64,000 nt of DNA from assembly GCA_963728565.1 (NCBI GenBank), contig CAVSLC010000003.1, forward strand, positions 1-64,000, given 5' to 3'. A program made the position numbers and the translations under genes. The stretch is from an uncultured delta proteobacterium (GTDB lineage: Bacteria; Desulfobacterota; Binatia; UBA9968). Each line of letters begins with the position of its first letter. The first letter of the stretch is position 1. The notes under the pieces were generated by a model, which saw nothing but the letters and a program-made list of their open reading frames with translations, was not told the DNA's origin and did not search any database. Positions 40,324 to 49,948 of the stretch are shown one piece after another.

Positions 40324-40931
40324 CAGTGTTTCCCCGATTGTTCGTGCAGCAGCAACTCGAGCGATGAGCTGAAGTGCTCCATAGCGTCCATCTCTTTTTC
40401 GACACGTGTACTGAAGTAGTTGTAAGGAACCAGCGTTAAGATCGCGATCAGCAGCCCGCTGGCGGTGGCGATCAGCGCTTCGGCGACGCCGCCGGTAACG
40501 GCGTGGGGCTGACCCATGCCGGCCTCGGACATGATGTCGAATGATCCAATCATGCCGACAACCGTTCCGAGAAGCCCGAGCAGGGGCGCCAGGGTGACGA
40601 TGGTATCGAGGGTGCCAAGCCGGCTTTTGAGCAGGGGGATTTGCGCCTGGGCTGCAGCCTCCATCGCTTTGGCCGGCGCGGGATTGCGGTGTGCCAAACC
40701 GGCCGCGAGCACCCGCGCGATCGGGTGCGCCGATGCTTTGGCGAGCTTAATGGCTTCATCGAATTCGCCCGCTTCGGCTAGGCCGAGCATGTCCTGAACG
40801 GTCCGTTGAGACTTGATTCTGGTCCAGAAAAAAAATCGCTCGATCGTGAGCGCAAGAGAGATGAGCGAGCAAGCGAGCAGCGGGATCATCACAATCCCGC
40901 CCTTGATAATGACGGTGACGATTTCGGACAT
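40323..40931 (-). CDS. exbB: ExbB (MotA/TolQ family)
   Basis: APLLGLLGTVVGMI, GVAEALIATASGL. Confidence 0.9.
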   Translation of the reverse strand: MSEIVTVIIKGGIVMIPLLACSLISLALTIERFFFWTRIKSQRTVQDMLGLAEAGEFDEAIKLAKASAHPIARVLAAGLAHRNPAPAKAMEAAAQAQIPLLKSRLGTLDTIVTLAPLLGLLGTVVGMIGSFDIMSEAGMGQPHAVTGGVAEALIATASGLLIAILTLVPYNYFSTRVEKEMDAMEHFSSSLELLLHEQSGKH

Positions 40932-40933
40932 GT

Positions 40934-41149
40934 CTACTGGACCAAACCTTTCTTGAGTTCGAACTGCTTGTGAGACTCGCTGCGGGCGGCGTCATCCCCA
41001 ACCCAGTGCGTGGCCATCATGCCTCAAGCGCGCAGATCGGCGCGCGAGATAATCAGGACGGCGTTGTCGTACCTAAAATGAGCCGTGTCGTGGCTGTAGC
41101 TGCATAATGAAAGCGACCATCTTCTTTCGCGTGATTTGATTCCTTGCAC
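40934..41149 (-). pseudogene. Small 71-codon ORF heading the exbB operon, interrupted by TGA at 41024-41026
   Basis: GGAGG RBS plus GTG 41149. The frame reads MQGIKSRERRWSLSLCSYSHDTAHF..DLRA*GMM..KKGLVQ and ends with TAG 2 nt before the exbB ATG. Confidence 0.55.
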
Positions 41150-41236
41150 GTGACCTCCGGCAAAAAGTTAAAACCCGGAGCGTTGGCACCGACGTGGCGC
41201 AATTCCGGGCTCCGGATTCGAAGATCCGGGCTGGCG

Positions 41237-41286
41237 ATTATCTTCGTCTATACGAATCAAAATTATTTGTCAATACGAATAATTAT
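41237..41286 (-). promoter_or_regulatory. sigma70 promoter of the exbB-tonB operon overlapped by two palindromic operators
   Basis: Minus strand TATTGACAAA-9 nt-TTCGTATAGACGAAGATAA; plus-strand cores TTCGTCTATACGAA (41243) and TTTGTCAATACGAA (41266). Confidence 0.7.
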
Positions 41287-41547
41287 TTTACGTGATGACG
41301 CATTAACGTCGGACAATCTGTACAAACTCCCGCCTATTCATGTGCTTAGCGGAATACGCCATCGACGAAGAACAATCTTCGACAACCTCCGCACGAGCGC
41401 AATGACGCTTATTCGCTTGCATGGCGCCATTTCACCTCGATGCCGTCCGGCAGCGGCGCGCGAGCAAGCTGGCGCAATGGCAGCGCACCGCATTCCTTCG
41501 TTAGCGGCCGGTGCGGCCGGCTCACGCTCGTGAGATTGACTAGCCAT

Positions 41548-43482
41548 TTACGCAAGCGCCTTTTTTCGATCGCGGCCCATCCAAAATGAAGTCGCGATGA
41601 AGGCGCAGAGGAAAAAAGCCTGCACCGCCAAGGTCTCCACCGTTGGATAAATTCCCAAGGGCGGCACCGCCGGTGGAAATTCCAGCGGCGTTGCGGGCAG
41701 CCAGCCCGCTGCCTGCAGCTGGTTGATTCCGGTGCCGGCAAAGATGAAAGCCATGATGTAAAGCAAAGTGCCCGTAATGACGAAGAAGTATTTAAGCGGG
41801 ATGCGCAGTCCGAGTTTGAAGATTGCGAAGGTGGCCACCAGCAACGCAACAACACCAGCGAGAAAGCCACCTATGATCGCTTGATGGCTCTCGGCGTTCT
41901 GCAGCCACAACGCCTGATAGAACAGCACTACTTCGAAGGCTTCCCTGTACACGGCGAAAAAGGAAATGCCCACAAGGCCAAGGATGCGTTTGCTCGATAG
42001 CACGTTTTGAACTCTGTTCTGGATGAAGACCTGCCAGCGCTTGGCTTCGCTGCGCGTGTGCAGCCAGTAGCCGACATAGAAAAGACCCGCCGCGGCGAAG
42101 ATCGAGATGAATCCCTCCATGGTTTCCCGATGCTGCCCCCTGAACGTGAGCACCGTCTGGGCGCCGAGCCAGGTGGCGACCCCGGCGACAAGTGCGAGGA
42201 TCCAGCCGAGATGAATATAGCGAACGGTGTGCGCCGCACCCATGACTCTGAGCATGGCGATGATGGCGGCAAGGATCAGTGCCGCCTCGAGACCCTCGCG
42301 CAAAATGATCAGCGCCGAATTGAGAAAAGCATAGTAGCCCGCAAAGTCGCTGGTCTCCTCCAGCTTCTGCGCAGCTTGGTCAAGCCCGGTCTCGATCGCC
42401 AGGCGCTGCTTCTGAATCTCCTGGTTGGAAACTCCCTGGCGGATCGAATTGCGCAATTGCGTGAATCGGCCTTCGAGAGACCGTCCCAGCGAAGCGTCTT
42501 TGGCGAAGAGCGCCGGCTCGGCCATTTCGAATCCATCAAGGTAGGCCTCGATAGCCTTCTGATAGGCTTTCTCCTTGTCGCCCTGACTGTAGATGGTTGC
42601 GGCTTCGCCGACCAAGGTACGGGCGATCAGGAGCGGATCGGTGGATGTCTTCTCCAAGAGGCCGCGCCTGAGATAGGCGAGCATTTCGTTCCCTGGCGCG
42701 CCGGGAAGACTCCTTTTAATTTTTTCGGTAATTTCGTCGTCGGACGAAGTCGCCAAAGTCGCTATGCTGGTGAGATCGGCCGGCGGGGTCTTGCCTTTCA
42801 GCCATGCCTCTCCGCTACTGGCCGCATCGGCGGAAAACCGCAGCGCCATCACGTAGAAGGCCACTTGCCAGCGCCGGTCGTCCGGCAGCGTCGCGAAAGA
42901 CGCCATCGCTGTATTGTCTATGCCGAAAGTGGTGGTGTTATAAATTTTAAATGGCGAGAGTCCCGCCATAAAGTCTGAATCGGTGAAGTTGGCGGGCGCC
43001 GGTGTTTTGGGATTCATCGATTCTCGTCCGGGCCCATCGCCTTTGCCGCTCTCGCCGTGACACTGAGCGCAATTCTCCAGGTAAATTCTCCTGGCGCTTG
43101 GGTAATTGGGTAGTGCTTTCGGATAAGTGACAATGTTGTACGTTTTGACAAGGCGATCTTTAATTTGCTGCGCCAGCTCAGGAACGGCGTCGTCGCCGGA
43201 TTTGCTTTTGACATGGGCAGCCAGTGCGTTGAGTTCTTTGTGGATACCCGCCTGGTCGCCTTCGGCGGACTGGAGCTGGCGGAAAAGGTCCAGGCTGCGC
43301 GCCGCGAACTCGCTCATTTCCTGGTACTCGTCAGGGTTTACGATTTTCCCGCCTTGCACCGCGTTTCGATAATCGCCGCCGATATAGTCGATCAGTGACA
43401 AGAGTCGCTTCGCTTGGTCATCAGCCCAGCAAGATGTAACGGTAGCGAGAAGCAGGAGAATAGCGCCAATCGAAGCGCGCAT
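41548..43482 (-). CDS. Cytochrome c / FTR1 iron permease fusion (PbrT-like)
   Basis: DYIGGDY, CAQCHG haem motif, REGLEA and YREAFE FTR1 motifs, GIYPT. Confidence 0.9.
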   Translation of the reverse strand: MRASIGAILLLLATVTSCWADDQAKRLLSLIDYIGGDYRNAVQGGKIVNPDEYQEMSEFAARSLDLFRQLQSAEGDQAGIHKELNALAAHVKSKSGDDAVPELAQQIKDRLVKTYNIVTYPKALPNYPSARRIYLENCAQCHGESGKGDGPGRESMNPKTPAPANFTDSDFMAGLSPFKIYNTTTFGIDNTAMASFATLPDDRRWQVAFYVMALRFSADAASSGEAWLKGKTPPADLTSIATLATSSDDEITEKIKRSLPGAPGNEMLAYLRRGLLEKTSTDPLLIARTLVGEAATIYSQGDKEKAYQKAIEAYLDGFEMAEPALFAKDASLGRSLEGRFTQLRNSIRQGVSNQEIQKQRLAIETGLDQAAQKLEETSDFAGYYAFLNSALIILREGLEAALILAAIIAMLRVMGAAHTVRYIHLGWILALVAGVATWLGAQTVLTFRGQHRETMEGFISIFAAAGLFYVGYWLHTRSEAKRWQVFIQNRVQNVLSSKRILGLVGISFFAVYREAFEVVLFYQALWLQNAESHQAIIGGFLAGVVALLVATFAIFKLGLRIPLKYFFVITGTLLYIMAFIFAGTGINQLQAAGWLPATPLEFPPAVPPLGIYPTVETLAVQAFFLCAFIATSFWMGRDRKKALA

Positions 43483-43546
43483 GATATTACCTTGGAATAC
43501 ATTAACGTGTAGCATCGCAACCGAGATCCTCGTGCCTGCAGTAGTT

Positions 43547-45238
43547 TCAAACATGGCCGGGCCCTTCGCGCCGCATCAGGCCCGAGCGCGTGATCTGCCG
43601 CGAGAGCAAGATAAGCGGCACAAGAGCGATACCGACAATCAACAATGACGGAACCGCTGCTTCGGCAATGCGCTCATCTTTCGCCAAGTTGTAGGCCTCC
43701 ACTGCGAGTGTGTCGAAGTTGAAAGGACGCATGGCGAAGGTTGCGGGGAGTTCCTTCATAACGTCGACAAAAACCAGGAGCCCCGCGGTCAACAGGCTTC
43801 CCCACATGATTGGGAGATGCACCCGCAGCAGCGTGCGCGCCGGCGAAAGACCGAGGCTGCGCGCAGCATCGTCCATAGAAGACGTTACTCGAGTGAGCCC
43901 GGCCTCCACCGTTTGAAATGCCACCGCAAGAAAACGCACTAGGTAGGCATAAATGAGAGCTGTGATCGAGCCGGTGAGTAACAGCCCGGTCTTGACGCCG
44001 AACTGCGCATAGGTCCAGTCAGCGATGGCGTTGTCTAACTTTCCCAGGGGCAGGAGAATGCCCACTGCGATCACCGCGCCGGGCAAGGCGTAGCCCAGGA
44101 CCGCCGCCTGGTTTGCCCCATGGACGAGCGGGCTCCTGACCACCCTTCCGGCGTATGCAAGCAACACGGCGACCACCAGCGCCGCAATCGCTGCGACCCC
44201 GGAAAGTGTAAAGGTATTTGCCACCAGCGAATAAACCCGAGCATCGAACTGCGCTTCTGGTTCATTGATCGCAAGCCTAAGCAGCACGCCAGCTGGCACT
44301 AAAAACCCAAGTGTGACGGGAGCCGCGCAGAATCCGAATGCGCTAGCGGCTCGCCAGCCGCGCAGTTGCTGTGGCGGCATCGGTATGCGCTTTCCCGCAT
44401 AGCGCGCGCCGCCGCGGTGCGTCCGTTCCAAAGTTAGCATCGCCAACACAAACACCAGAAGACAACTCGCCAACTGCCCGGCCGCGACCGGATCGCCCAA
44501 TGAGAGCCAGGCGCGGTAGATTCCCGTGGTGAACGTGTTCACCGCAAAGTAAGAGACGGTGCCAAAATCAGCGAGGGTTTCCATCAGCGCCAGCGCAGTG
44601 CCGGCGACAATGCCCGTGCGCGCCAATGGCAGCGCTACGTGCCAGAATCTGCCCCAGGCGCCGTAGCCGGCGAGTCGGGCAGCCTCAAGTGTAGTCCGTG
44701 ATTGATCAAGAAAGGCGCTGCGCGCAAGCAAGTAGACGTAAGGGTACAGGGCGAAAGAGAGCATGGCTGCGGCGCCGGGAAGCGAGCGGATCTCGGGGAA
44801 CCAGTACTCCCGTACTTGCCAGCCGGTTATTTCTCGGATCGCGGTCTGCACCGGGCCGGCAACCTGTAACCAATCGGTGTAGGCATACGCCATGACGTAG
44901 GCGGGCATGGCCAGGGGTAAAACAAGCGCCCACTCGAGGAGACGCTGGCCAGGGAAAGAATAGGCGGTCACGAGCCAAGCGGAAATAACACCGAAAAAGA
45001 CCACGCCAATACCCACAAACACCGCCAGTAGAAGGGTGTTGAAAATGTATTCCGGGAGAACCGTCGAGACGAGATGGGACCAGGTGGTCGCACTCGGTAG
45101 GTAGACGTTCCGAATCACCGCCACGATCGGCGCGCACACCGATGCGGCGACGATAATGGATACCGAACCAAGCCAGCCGAGCCGACCGGCAGGAGATCTA
45201 ACGTAAAGCCGGGATCGCAGTGCGGCGAGGCCGGTCAT
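43547..45238 (-). CDS. fbpB: Fe(III) ABC transporter permease
   Basis: LPLAMPAYV, EAARLAG, METLADFG, DDAARSLG, KELPAT..RPFNFDTLA. Confidence 0.9.
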   Translation of the reverse strand: MTGLAALRSRLYVRSPAGRLGWLGSVSIIVAASVCAPIVAVIRNVYLPSATTWSHLVSTVLPEYIFNTLLLAVFVGIGVVFFGVISAWLVTAYSFPGQRLLEWALVLPLAMPAYVMAYAYTDWLQVAGPVQTAIREITGWQVREYWFPEIRSLPGAAAMLSFALYPYVYLLARSAFLDQSRTTLEAARLAGYGAWGRFWHVALPLARTGIVAGTALALMETLADFGTVSYFAVNTFTTGIYRAWLSLGDPVAAGQLASCLLVFVLAMLTLERTHRGGARYAGKRIPMPPQQLRGWRAASAFGFCAAPVTLGFLVPAGVLLRLAINEPEAQFDARVYSLVANTFTLSGVAAIAALVVAVLLAYAGRVVRSPLVHGANQAAVLGYALPGAVIAVGILLPLGKLDNAIADWTYAQFGVKTGLLLTGSITALIYAYLVRFLAVAFQTVEAGLTRVTSSMDDAARSLGLSPARTLLRVHLPIMWGSLLTAGLLVFVDVMKELPATFAMRPFNFDTLAVEAYNLAKDERIAEAAVPSLLIVGIALVPLILLSRQITRSGLMRREGPGHV

Positions 45239-45283
45239 TACTCGACTAGCTGCACGCGCGTGGTAGGCGCGCTAACCCTGAAG

Positions 45284-46339
45284 TCATTTCCAGCCCACCT
45301 TGTCGGCAATGCGCTGTGCGGTTGCTTGGATTTTGCCAAGGTCCGCCAGTGGAAGTGTGTCTGTTTTGAACTTGCCGAAGGACTCGAGCTCCGGGTTTGC
45401 CAGCTTCACGCCCGGAACGGTCGGCCATTCATTGTTGCCCTTGGCAAATAATGTCTGCGCCGCATCGCTCGCCAGGTATTCAAGAAACTTAACACCGGCG
45501 TCGCGGTGCGGCGCGTGTCGCAAAAGTCCGCCGCCGGAAATGTTGACATGGGTACCGCGCCCATCTTGGTTGGGCCATACAAGCTTAACTTTTTCTACGA
45601 GAGCACGGTCTGCAGGTTTTTCCGAGCGCATCAATCGCACGTAGTAATAATGATTCGAGAGAGCGATCGAGCATTCACCGGCTCCAACCGCCTGTAATTG
45701 GTCGGTGTCGCCGCCCCTAGGCGGGCGCGCAAGATTGTTGGCGACTCCGCGAGCCCATTCAGTCGCTTTCTCCTCCCCAAGATGCAGTATCATGCTTGAA
45801 ATCAGAGACAAATTGTACGGATGGCTGCTTGGACGAGTGCAGATTTCCCCTTTCCATTTCGAGTCGGCCAGGTCTTCATAGCGCTCAACTTGAGCTGGTT
45901 TGATTTTCTTTTGGTCATAGGCGATCACGCGAGCGCGCGCCGAAAAGCCGAACCACTTGTTGTCAGCATCGCGATAATGGGCCGGGATTCGTTTGTTGAG
46001 CGGCTCCGATTTGAGGGACTCGAAAATTCCTGCCTGTTCGGCACGCCACAAGCGGGCCACATCCACTGTTAAAAATACGTCGGCTGGACTGTTTACACCT
46101 TCGCTCTTGATGCGCTCGAAAAGCGCATCCTCGCCGCCTTCGATACGATTGATCTTGATGCCCGTGGCTTTTGTATAACCGGTATAAAAAGATTCATCGG
46201 TGGCGTAGTGGCGCGCGGTATAGAGGTTGAGCACCTTCTCCTGAGCTAGCGTCTCGCCGATCCATGGAGCCAGCACAAATGCGGCGAGCAAGGCAATCGG
46301 GGTGAAAATTTTTCTCGTTCTGTATGTGCGATTGAGCAT
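45284..46339 (-). CDS. fbpA: Fe(III) ABC transporter substrate-binding protein (FbpA/FutA)
   Basis: LYTARHY, SPADVFLTVD, HPYN, GGDTDQ, NHYYY, HVNISG, NNEWP. Confidence 0.92.
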   Translation of the reverse strand: MLNRTYRTRKIFTPIALLAAFVLAPWIGETLAQEKVLNLYTARHYATDESFYTGYTKATGIKINRIEGGEDALFERIKSEGVNSPADVFLTVDVARLWRAEQAGIFESLKSEPLNKRIPAHYRDADNKWFGFSARARVIAYDQKKIKPAQVERYEDLADSKWKGEICTRPSSHPYNLSLISSMILHLGEEKATEWARGVANNLARPPRGGDTDQLQAVGAGECSIALSNHYYYVRLMRSEKPADRALVEKVKLVWPNQDGRGTHVNISGGGLLRHAPHRDAGVKFLEYLASDAAQTLFAKGNNEWPTVPGVKLANPELESFGKFKTDTLPLADLGKIQATAQRIADKVGWK

Positions 46340-46382
46340 GTGTTCTACTCCTCTTTCGAAGTCGCATGGTCTTCCTGCAAGC

Positions 46383-46446
46383 ATTATTTGTACTGCCAAA
46401 TTATTTATTTTCGACTATGCGAATAATCGAAGTTTGTCAATACCCA
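46383..46446 (-). promoter_or_regulatory. sigma70 promoter of fbpA overlapped by up to three palindromic operators
   Basis: Minus strand TATTGACAAA-9 nt-TTCGCATAGTCGAAAATAA; cores at 46387, 46410 and 46433 (23-bp period). Confidence 0.7.
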
Positions 46447-46533
46447 CAAGTTGCAGGGCGTATTTGTTGAAGATTTCCGTCGCCTGCATGCGTACGATTA
46501 ACGAGTAGTCCGGCGGGGTCGCTAAGGTTGGCT

Positions 46534-47610
46534 TCAGCCAGCCGTAGGGGGATGGTCAAGGAGACTCTGGCTGGAACCAGACTCGGGAAAGACGACCACA
46601 TTGGGCAGATGCAGTTCCACCGCGACCTGATGCCCGAGCGGCCAATGCGCCGGCTGTCGCTGTTCCAAATGAATCGTTGCTCCGGAAGGAAGACGTAGTC
46701 GATAAAGTATCTCGCCGCCGAGGAATTCACGTTCTTCGACCGTGGCAAGCACACCGGCTGGTTTAGCAGTGACGGCTTCATGACGGATCATGAGCATGGC
46801 GGGCCCCGAAGGGATTTCTGCAGAACAGGGAAAAATACCTAGCTCGGTATGAATCATCGACCCGAGCACCCGGCCGGGGATAAAATCCGCCTGGCCGACG
46901 AAATTAGCCACAAAGGGTGTCGTCGGCGAATAGTAGATGTCCTCGGGCGTGCCGACCTGCTGAAGCTCACCATTCCGAATGACCGCAACTTGATCGGCCA
47001 TCCCCAATGCTTCTTCCTGATCATGCGTGACCAGGATTGCAGCCGTACCCAAGTGCCGAAGAATTCTGGCTACCTCTCGGCGCATCTGGGGGCGTAGATC
47101 AGGATCGAGCCCGTTAAAAGGCTCATCGAGCAGAACCACTCCAGGCCGGGGCGCGAGTGCGCGCGCGAGCGCAACACGCTGCTGTTGACCGCCCGATAAC
47201 TGGTGAGTATAGCGCTCGGCGCAGGGCGTCAATTCAGTCAATTTGAGGAGCTCTTCCACGCGCCGGCGACGCTCTGCTCGGTCCGAGTTGCGCAAACCAA
47301 AGCGGACGTTCTGTGCGACCGTTAGGTGAGGGAACAGAGCATAATCTTGAAAGACCATCCCCACGCCTCGATCCTCGGCCGGAACCCAAACCGATCTGTC
47401 CACATCGACGACCGTGCGGCCATTGATGACGATCCGCCCTTGATCGGGTTTTTCAAATCCAGCGATCAGCCGAAGCAGGGTGGTCTTTCCTGAACCCGAC
47501 GGGCCCAACAGGGCCAAAATGTTGCCGGACGCAACCTGCAAGTCACAGCTTTTAACCGCCGCTGTTTTTTTGTAGCGTTTGCTGATGCCTTCAACTTCGA
47601 TAATGGCCAT
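46534..47610 (-). CDS. fbpC: Fe(III) ABC transporter ATPase
   Basis: GPSGSGKTT, VFQDYALFPHL, LSGGQQQRVALARAL, LDEPF, TOBE-like C-terminus. Confidence 0.9.
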   Translation of the reverse strand: MAIIEVEGISKRYKKTAAVKSCDLQVASGNILALLGPSGSGKTTLLRLIAGFEKPDQGRIVINGRTVVDVDRSVWVPAEDRGVGMVFQDYALFPHLTVAQNVRFGLRNSDRAERRRRVEELLKLTELTPCAERYTHQLSGGQQQRVALARALAPRPGVVLLDEPFNGLDPDLRPQMRREVARILRHLGTAAILVTHDQEEALGMADQVAVIRNGELQQVGTPEDIYYSPTTPFVANFVGQADFIPGRVLGSMIHTELGIFPCSAEIPSGPAMLMIRHEAVTAKPAGVLATVEEREFLGGEILYRLRLPSGATIHLEQRQPAHWPLGHQVAVELHLPNVVVFPESGSSQSLLDHPPTAG

Positions 47611-47856
47611 CAAGTTTTCCCGTGAATAACCCCAGACTTAATAACCCAAACTGTTAAACAGGTCTAGCACAGCGCGTGAAATGACCCGGAGCGCAATCCG
47701 GTGCCATGACCGTCGTTGCCGTCACCTTGAACTTCACTGACTCCTGAAATAGGATGTTGCTTGCGTGCAAAATCTACACAGCATTCTCGGCTGTAACTTC
47801 GAGATAACCGGGGCACGTACCGGTGGTCCCATTCCTGAAAAATCATAACAGTCATA

Positions 47857-48522
47857 ATGGAAGCTCGTCACGTAACCCATGCGCTCGAAGACTACTTGAA
47901 AGCGATCTACCAACTTTCAGAGGAGAATCGACCGGTGATCGCCGCCAGACTGGCGGCTGAAACCGGCGTGTCTCCGTCGACGATCTTTGCCACCCTGCGT
48001 CGTCTGGCGAAGGAAGGCTACATCAAGATCAATCGCCGCAAGGAAATTCACCTCACGGAAGACGGCAATCAGGTAGCGGAAAACATTGTACGTCGGCACT
48101 TTCTGACGGAGCGATTCCTCACCGACGTGCTCGGTCTGGACTGGGTCAAAGCGCATCAGGAGGCGCACCGTCTAGAGCATGCGATTTCGCAAGAAGTCGA
48201 GGAGCGGCTGGCGAAGCTACTCAGACACCCGACGACGTGCCCGCATGGCAACCCGATCCCAGGAGCAAGCTCGACTCCCGGACCGAAGACAATGCCGCTT
48301 AGCGAAGCAGTCGATGGACAGGACGTTGAACTCGATTATATTACGGAAGGTGGAGAACGCGACGTGCGCTTGCTCGGTTACCTACAAACGCATGGGTTAC
48401 GACCGGGTGCGAAAGTCCACGTGGTCGATGTCGCGCCGTCTCTCGGCATGATGACTCTGACGGTCAATGGCGGCGAGTTTTCGCTCGGCATTGAGGCCGC
48501 GAAAAAAATCCGCGTCCACTGA
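47857..48522 (+). CDS. DtxR/MntR/IdeR family metal-dependent repressor with FeoA domain
   Basis: EDYLKAIY, RRHFLTERFL, AHQEAHRLEHAIS, PTTCPHGNPIP, C-terminal FeoA/SH3-like domain. Confidence 0.93.
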   Translation: MEARHVTHALEDYLKAIYQLSEENRPVIAARLAAETGVSPSTIFATLRRLAKEGYIKINRRKEIHLTEDGNQVAENIVRRHFLTERFLTDVLGLDWVKAHQEAHRLEHAISQEVEERLAKLLRHPTTCPHGNPIPGASSTPGPKTMPLSEAVDGQDVELDYITEGGERDVRLLGYLQTHGLRPGAKVHVVDVAPSLGMMTLTVNGGEFSLGIEAAKKIRVH

Positions 48523-48638
48523 TAGGGATCGAGTTTAGTGCCAGCCCTAACCTTCAACGGCAGAAGAGCCGGATTGAAGCGAACAGCGTCATTAAGGGCG
48601 ATGAGCCTGAAGTGACTTACAACTCTCTCCGGGTTGGA

Positions 48639-48887
48639 TTATGTTCGACAGGATGGTTGACGTTCCTCTTCAGCGAGCAGCGCTGACAAAAAATCGATTT
48701 GCTCGCTAAGCGGCGCGTCTCTGTCGATCAATATTAGTTCTTGGCCATTGATACGGCAACGGCCGCTGCGCGGCTTGTATCCTACTTCCCGCAATAATTT
48801 TTCGGTGCGCACCTCGATGTTCATCTGTTTGGCGGCGCCGATTAATTCCTGCAGACGCAATTGCTGCTTGTGTTTGAGCTGTGCCAT
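48639..48887 (-). CDS. Small hypothetical protein
   Basis: LQELIGAAKQMNIEVRTEKL..SGRCRINGQELILID; looks like a conserved small protein. Confidence 0.6.
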   Translation of the reverse strand: MAQLKHKQQLRLQELIGAAKQMNIEVRTEKLLREVGYKPRSGRCRINGQELILIDRDAPLSEQIDFLSALLAEEERQPSCRT

Positions 48888-49077
48888 AGCTGCGTTAAAC
48901 TCTCGATTATTATCCGCTAAACCCGCTGATTTGTAAAACGATTGAGCCATTTCCTGCTTGCAAAAACCGCGCAGGTTGTTATCGTAGCCCGCGGTTAATC
49001 CGGAGAACGCCGCTCATAACCAAAGCCATTGTGCTGATATACATCAGGCTCGCCGCTCACGGCTTCAGGAGGGAAAC

Positions 49078-49914
49078 GTGATTAAGAATATTCTGCTTCC
49101 CCTCGATGGTTCGGAACACTCGAATGCAGCTTTTGATTACGCTCTGTGGATGACGGAAAAATTCGATGGAACGCTCTTCGGTCAACACGTCATCGATACC
49201 ATTTCGATTGAAGGAACTTTTTTTCACGACATTTCCGGATCCATGGGGTTCGAGCCGTACCTGGACTTCTCCACGAAGATGCGCGAAGCCCTGGAGGAGC
49301 GCGGCAAGCTGATACTCGAAGAATTCGCCGAACGTTGCCGGAAGAGCGGCATCAAACATCAAACTGTTTTGGACATGGGCCTAATCGCCAACGAGATCTG
49401 CGAGCGCTCTAAGATCGCTGATCTGGTCGTCATTGGTCATCGCGGGATCAATGAGGATTTTACCACCGGGCTTTTGGGCACGACCGCCGAAAGCATCACG
49501 CGCAAATGCCCGCGCCCAGTGTTTGTTTCGACAAAAAAGTTCAAGCCCGTCGAGAGACCACTGCTAGCGTATGACGGCAGCCAGCGCGCATGCGCGGCAA
49601 TGGAATCTGCGGCGGAGTTCTGTACTGTATTGAATCTACCCCTAAGTGTCTTGACTATCGCCAAAGAAGATCAGCTGGCGGAAGGAACCTTGCATCAGGC
49701 CAAATCGTACTTAAACTCGTATGCGATTGATGTTCATTATGAAAAAGCGCGCGGCTATCCGGAACAGAAGATCATCGATCATCTGGTTAATTTCAATCAT
49801 GATCTCCTATTCATCGGTGCTTACGGACACCGGCGCATAATCGAAATGGTTCTTGGCAGCACGACGGAGTTCGTACTGAGAAACAGTTCATGCCCGGTTT
49901 TTCTTACACGCTGA
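49078..49914 (+). CDS. Tandem-domain universal stress protein
   Basis: ILLPLDGS, DLVVIGHRG..LGTTAE, AYDGS, GAYGH..LGSTTE. Confidence 0.92.
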   Translation: MIKNILLPLDGSEHSNAAFDYALWMTEKFDGTLFGQHVIDTISIEGTFFHDISGSMGFEPYLDFSTKMREALEERGKLILEEFAERCRKSGIKHQTVLDMGLIANEICERSKIADLVVIGHRGINEDFTTGLLGTTAESITRKCPRPVFVSTKKFKPVERPLLAYDGSQRACAAMESAAEFCTVLNLPLSVLTIAKEDQLAEGTLHQAKSYLNSYAIDVHYEKARGYPEQKIIDHLVNFNHDLLFIGAYGHRRIIEMVLGSTTEFVLRNSSCPVFLTR

Positions 49915-49948
49915 CAATTGGGTCAGAATATCTTTTCAAGGAAACTCA

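Noticed and set aside
41024-41026. Second selenocysteine codon in the small ORF before exbB
   Set aside because: No redox motif around the TGA and only a ~3-bp hairpin downstream; a nonsense change or error is more likely.
41237-41290. Fur box in the AT-rich iron promoter
   Set aside because: Poor match to GATAATGATAATCATTATC; the repeated TTyG-N6-CrAA palindrome explains the sequence better.
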